Assembly: GCF_900232105.1 (NCBI RefSeq)
Contig: NZ_LT934425.1
Location: forward strand, 1,290,001 to 1,322,000
Direction of reading: 5' to 3'
Origin: Candidatus Kuenenia stuttgartensis
GTDB taxonomy: Bacteria; Planctomycetota; Brocadiia; Brocadiales; Brocadiaceae
DNA length: 32,000 nucleotides
Numbering within the stretch: position 1 is the first letter of the stretch; each line of letters opens with the position of its first letter. The notes below the pieces were generated by a model. It was given only the letters and a program-made list of their open reading frames with translations. It made no database searches and was not told where the DNA came from. This document shows positions 28,429 through 32,000 of the stretch, piece by piece. The position numbers and the translations under genes are program-made.

Positions 28429-30162
28429 TCAATGTTCTCTCACAGACTTTGATTCAGAATCCTGTTTAACATCATGAGTACCAGCTTCCATGCCGAGTTC
28501 CTTGAGTTTTCTCTCAATGTACTCAACCTCTTCAGCAGGTGCATGATGTGTGTCTAACCAGCCTGGATCTGGACAAAGATCGAAGATCGTCTTGCCAGGG
28601 TGATTCTTTACGATATATGGCCCGGTCAACTGATCCAGCCATTCGCCTGTTTTCCAGAACTGCTCAGGCTGCCATGAAATACCAACCTTCTTTTCCAAAG
28701 CAGCAAGCCTTCTTGCACGTGAAGCATTCTGCTTTACGTTGACCAACCAACGATCCATACCGAATGAACCGTCTGAGTAGGTAGCATCATTCCAGGAGCC
28801 GTGCGCCATGCCCTTGTAAATGTATGTCTGGAAGTAACCAACACTTTCAAAACAAAGCCTCTCCACATCAGTAACGTTTGACATTCTAAACTCTCCGGAT
28901 TCGCCAGTCTTACCACCGTAAGCTTCTCCATCATGGTACGCGCCAATCTTCAAACTCCAGATGTGCTGACCTGACCAATCAGGACAAAGATCCTTTGGCA
29001 TGGGGTCTAGTACACCGTCAATAAGAAGATCTTCCGCTACCTTGAATGTTTCACGATACTTCAAACTAGCGTCTTTAACAGACTCGTCCATCGCCTGCAA
29101 ATTCTCGCGGGCGAATCTTGGTGAATGACAGTCGTCACAGATAGATACCCAACGGTCTCTCTTTTCCTTCCAGAGTGGTGCACCACGATCAGCCATCGAC
29201 ATACCCATACTGGTATATACGATACTTGCTCTCTGCACGTTATGATGCCCGCCCCTCATATGACAGTACTGGCAGGTAGGACCAACGTAATCAGCATCAG
29301 AAAGCTTCTTTGAGAAGTCAAACTGTTCCGTATCCCACTTGTTAACCTGATATACCGTACCATGAAGACCTATATCATAAGCTTCCCAATCCCTGTGATC
29401 TTTACCCCAGTGACAGGTCTTGCATTGCTCGGAGCGTCTTGCAACTGCCGGATCAAACTGATGCCTCTGGTGGCAAGTGCTGCACCTTTCTTCAGGGCTG
29501 GTATGGCAGAAAGTACAACCCGCTGTATCTCCGGGTGGCCTTTCAATTGACCATGCACACTCAACCTGAGCGAAACTGGAACAAGATGCGTGGGAACCAA
29601 TTCCTCCCTGCCCTTGCTCATTGTACTGCGTTTCGTGACATTCCGCTGTCCCGCAAGCCTTTGATGAAGGCATAGTTAACTTCTGATGGTTGTTGCCGTG
29701 GCAGGTATCACAACCAGTTGGTGCCGGCTCTGCCTTTGAATGAGCACTCTTATTATAATCCCTTACAATGCCGGGAGTCATAACTGAGTGACAAGCAACA
29801 CACTGCTCCAGCTTAAATGTGCCCTTAATCGGGTTTGAAGGCCTTACCTCATCCCTGTTGTACATATAATCCGGGATGTAATAACGGTACGCAGGCAATG
29901 TCTTCCAAAACTTGCTGTATTTTCCCGGGTATGGTGACCTCTGTGCATCTTTTGGGTAACCCATATATTTTGCTTTCAAACCAGAGAAAAATACCTTACC
30001 ACTATTATCAGGCTCCCCAGGCATACCATAAACTTCGTGTGGTACCCAGTGAGTGATAATTTCTACAGCCTTGGCTTCTTTCACCATAAGGCTTGAAACA
30101 GTACCTATAACGCCACAACCAATCAACGCTGATGCCAATGTAACTTTCAAAAATTTACGCAT
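28429..30162 (-). CDS. Octahaem c-type cytochrome of the hydroxylamine oxidoreductase family (anammox hydrazine dehydrogenase / hydroxylamine oxidase-like)
   Basis: 577 aa with a Sec signal peptide (..KEAKA/VEI). Eight haem-binding sites: CVACH, CDTCH, CGTAECH, CTFCH, CSTCH, CKTCH, CQYCH, CDDCH. Strong AAGGAG RBS. Which paralogue class (HDH versus HOX versus other) it belongs to cannot be decided without alignment. Confidence 0.9.
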   Translation of the reverse strand: MRKFLKVTLASALIGCGVIGTVSSLMVKEAKAVEIITHWVPHEVYGMPGEPDNSGKVFFSGLKAKYMGYPKDAQRSPYPGKYSKFWKTLPAYRYYIPDYMYNRDEVRPSNPIKGTFKLEQCVACHSVMTPGIVRDYNKSAHSKAEPAPTGCDTCHGNNHQKLTMPSSKACGTAECHETQYNEQGQGGIGSHASCSSFAQVECAWSIERPPGDTAGCTFCHTSPEERCSTCHQRHQFDPAVARRSEQCKTCHWGKDHRDWEAYDIGLHGTVYQVNKWDTEQFDFSKKLSDADYVGPTCQYCHMRGGHHNVQRASIVYTSMGMSMADRGAPLWKEKRDRWVSICDDCHSPRFARENLQAMDESVKDASLKYRETFKVAEDLLIDGVLDPMPKDLCPDWSGQHIWSLKIGAYHDGEAYGGKTGESGEFRMSNVTDVERLCFESVGYFQTYIYKGMAHGSWNDATYSDGSFGMDRWLVNVKQNASRARRLAALEKKVGISWQPEQFWKTGEWLDQLTGPYIVKNHPGKTIFDLCPDPGWLDTHHAPAEEVEYIERKLKELGMEAGTHDVKQDSESKSVREH

Positions 30163-30174
30163 GATACTTCTCCT

Positions 30175-30271
30175 TTACAAAAATTCCTGTGTGGAATTAA
30201 TTATCTCAACAAAAATTTTTTACAAAAAACTAATATTATCAGGCATTGCGACAATCACCCCCTTACAAAAA
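30175..30271 (-). promoter_or_regulatory. Three exact TTACAAAAA motifs (minus strand TTTTTGTAA) at 43-45-bp spacing upstream of the octahaem gene; shorter TTACAAA copies at 30339 and 30547
   Basis: Exact 9-mers at 30175, 30220 and 30263. The first abuts the Shine-Dalgarno sequence. Function unknown. Confidence 0.3.
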
Positions 30272-30316
30272 GAACTTACACCTTTTTAAGAAAAGACTTT
30301 CGGTATCGGAAAATAG

Positions 30317-30523
30317 TTAAAAAGTATCCCAGCATTTTTTACAAATTTTAAAAGATAAAAATCTTTCATTCACGAACTTAAGCATTTTATTAAAAAAAAA
30401 CATTGCGCTGGTTACACTGAACGCTATTAATACGTAAATAACAATTGGCGTTAAAAAGAAGCTGGAAATTATCAGGAATAGAAGCTTTAGTGTTCTGCAA
30501 GACGATGTCGTTGTAATCATCAT
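30317..30523 (-). CDS. Possible small hydrophobic protein (68 aa) between the candidate sigma-54 promoter and the octahaem gene
   Basis: ATG at 30523 has GAAAGG 6 nt upstream. One or two predicted TM helices (LKLLFLIISSFFLTPIVIYVLIAFSV) and a C-terminal CKKC. It lies in very AT-rich DNA, where chance ORFs are common. Confidence 0.3.
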   Translation of the reverse strand: MMITTTSSCRTLKLLFLIISSFFLTPIVIYVLIAFSVTSAMFFFNKMLKFVNERFLSFKICKKCWDTF

Positions 30524-30594
30524 ATACACCCTTTCTTAATTGATTTTTACAAATAGAGTTGTCTGAAAAATTACTTAATCTGTATTTTTAAATA

Positions 30595-30609
30595 ACAATC
30601 GTTGTGCCA
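30595..30609 (-). promoter_or_regulatory. Candidate sigma-54 (-24/-12) promoter reading toward the small ORF and the octahaem gene
   Basis: The minus strand reads TGGCAC-AACGA-TTGT. This has exact consensus spacing relative to TGGCACG-N4-TTGC, but T replaces the conserved C at -12. A sigma-54 activator gene is adjacent. The site is about 430 nt upstream of the octahaem start codon. Confidence 0.35.
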
Positions 30610-30862
30610 ATGGCATCAAAAATCCGTATATCCTTTTGTTTAGGCAAATTACGGCTTATACGATTACAAACAACGCCCTTCATGATACGTAGGTGCTTAC
30701 GATAATTCGTTATTATTTACGGGATTTAATAAACATAAATAAATTGACGTTCAAGCAAATCCAAAATATTATAATCCAATTGAAAAACCGGTATGTTTTT
30801 GGAGTATTAACGATAGTGTGGAAAATGCATTGTTTTCGGATAAATAAAGGTTTATTAAAAAT

Positions 30863-32000
30863 ATGAATTTGGAATTCTTCCAATCTATCGCTATTTCCGT
30901 ATCAAACGAACGTTCATTGGATGTGGTTTTTCGTAATATTGTAAATGGGCTTGCTGAAGACTCTAATGTTGTGCTTGCCAGGATTTGGCTCATTGCCCCT
31001 GGTGACATATGTCATACATGTTATTGGCGGAAGGGGTGTCCGGATCAAACTAAATGTTTGCATCTGGTTGCAAGCAATGGAAGATCACTCTATAGTGAAA
31101 AATGGCCAACGTCTATTAAAGGACGTTATAAACGATTTCCCCTTTACACGTATTCCCGGAAAAATGTTAGCGCCTCAGGGAAAATAGGCTATATAGGTGG
31201 AACCGGAAATGCTGTTTTACGCAATGATATCTATGAAAATCCGGATTGGTTATTGGACACTGAATGGGCGCAAAGAGAAAAAATAGCAAGTTTTGATGGG
31301 CAGCCGTTGGTGTTTCGAAATGAAACACTTGGTGTGCTTGCGCTTTTCAGCAGAAAAGAGTTGGATCAGGCATTGTTGATCATGCTCAGGACTTTTGCTT
31401 CGAACGCTGCCGCTGCCATCGCCAATGCAAGAGCATTTGAAGAAATAGAACAATTACATCAACAGTTGGAACTGGAAAATGAGTATCTCAGAGATGAAAT
31501 CAAAGAAGCATATTCATTTGCGGATATTGTTGGCCAAGGTTCATCCTTACAAAAAACACTCCAACAAATAGAACTTGTGGCGCCAACTAACGCAACGGTT
31601 CTCATAAAAGGTGAAACCGGTACCGGAAAAGAACTTATTGCCCTGGCGATTCATCAACGTAGCAAACGAAAAAATAACCCGCTTATTAAAGTTAATTGTG
31701 CTTCAATCCCGAAGGAACTTTTTGAAAGTGAGTTTTTTGGACATATAAAAGGCGCTTTTACCGGGGCAATTAAGGACAGGGTTGGTCGTTTTCAACTTGC
31801 TGACGGAGGAACTATTTTCCTTGATGAAGTGGGAGAAATACCAATAGAGTTACAAGGCAAATTGCTTCGGGTGCTTCAGGAAGGGGAATATGAGATTATC
31901 GGAGAGGGAAAGACTCGTCGTGTTGATGTAAGGGTTATCGCCGCAACCAACAGAAATCTGGAAAAGGAGATGGAATCAAAACAGTTTCGGCAGGATCTTT
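30863..32000 (+). CDS. Sigma-54-dependent transcriptional activator, GAF sensor + AAA+ domain (3' end outside the window)
   Basis: Absent from the ORF track because there is no stop in the window. I translated it by hand: 379 codons open from the ATG at 30863, with an in-frame TAA at 30845. Motifs are Walker A GETGTGKE, GAFTGA (31751..31768), Walker B TIFLDEVGE and RVIAATN. The N-terminal 190 aa are GAF-like. Confidence 0.9.
   Translation, partial: MNLEFFQSIAISVSNERSLDVVFRNIVNGLAEDSNVVLARIWLIAPGDICHTCYWRKGCPDQTKCLHLVASNGRSLYSEKWPTSIKGRYKRFPLYTYSRKNVSASGKIGYIGGTGNAVLRNDIYENPDWLLDTEWAQREKIASFDGQPLVFRNETLGVLALFSRKELDQALLIMLRTFASNAAAAIANARAFEEIEQLHQQLELENEYLRDEIKEAYSFADIVGQGSSLQKTLQQIELVAPTNATVLIKGETGTGKELIALAIHQRSKRKNNPLIKVNCASIPKELFESEFFGHIKGAFTGAIKDRVGRFQLADGGTIFLDEVGEIPIELQGKLLRVLQEGEYEIIGEGKTRRVDVRVIAATNRNLEKEMESKQFRQDL

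Noticed and set aside
30769-31453. Minus-strand ORFs 30769-31008 and 31250-31453, and plus-strand ORF 30945-31187
   Set aside because: They overlap the hand-translated GAF-AAA+ activator frame, which is open from 30863 to the window end and carries unmistakable sigma-54 activator motifs.

Overview
This 32-kb chromosomal window is roughly 40% GC by spot counts. It most likely comes from an anammox planctomycete (Brocadiales, Kuenenia-like). That origin is an inference from an anammox-type octahaem hydroxylamine/hydrazine-oxidoreductase gene and has not been checked against a database.

Layout:
(i) A partial IS4/IS1380-like insertion sequence sits at the left edge.
(ii) A 13.6-kb co-directional minus-strand housekeeping string runs purA-uppS-cdsA-phoH-ybeY-recO-bamD-like-lptE-like, then folP-cdaA-cdaR-pdxJ-dapA-folE, with several 4-nt start/stop overlaps. 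Between lptE-like and folP it is split by a GC-rich 1.77-kb insertion bounded by 12-bp inverted repeats. That insertion carries one 518-aa ORF I cannot assign to a family.
(iii) The plus strand then encodes a SurA-like PPIase, a tandem HD-domain protein, a PilZ protein, a cyclophilin and a zinc-ribbon protein.
(iv) Next come an APC permease, a TPR lipoprotein, a fused 'rSAM/selenodomain-associated transferase 1+2' gene translationally coupled to a fatty-acid-hydroxylase-family gene, and a SulP-Usp pair.
(v) A 1.3-kb ORF-poor island is packed with nested inverted repeats.
(vi) The octahaem HAO-family gene has a long AT-rich upstream region. It is divergently flanked by a GAF-AAA+ sigma-54 activator that runs off the right edge and is absent from the supplied ORF track.

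I found no rRNA, tRNA or CRISPR array.

Most noteworthy:
- the IR-bounded orphan element (6746-8513);
- a dispersed family of long palindromic intergenic elements (5 copies or fragments);
- a MITE-like 157-bp element with 30-bp terminal inverted repeats;
- two adjacent heptanucleotide tandem arrays upstream of folP;
- the HAO / small ORF / sigma-54 activator locus, with a candidate -24/-12 promoter and a 4-Cys insertion in the GAF sensor domain.
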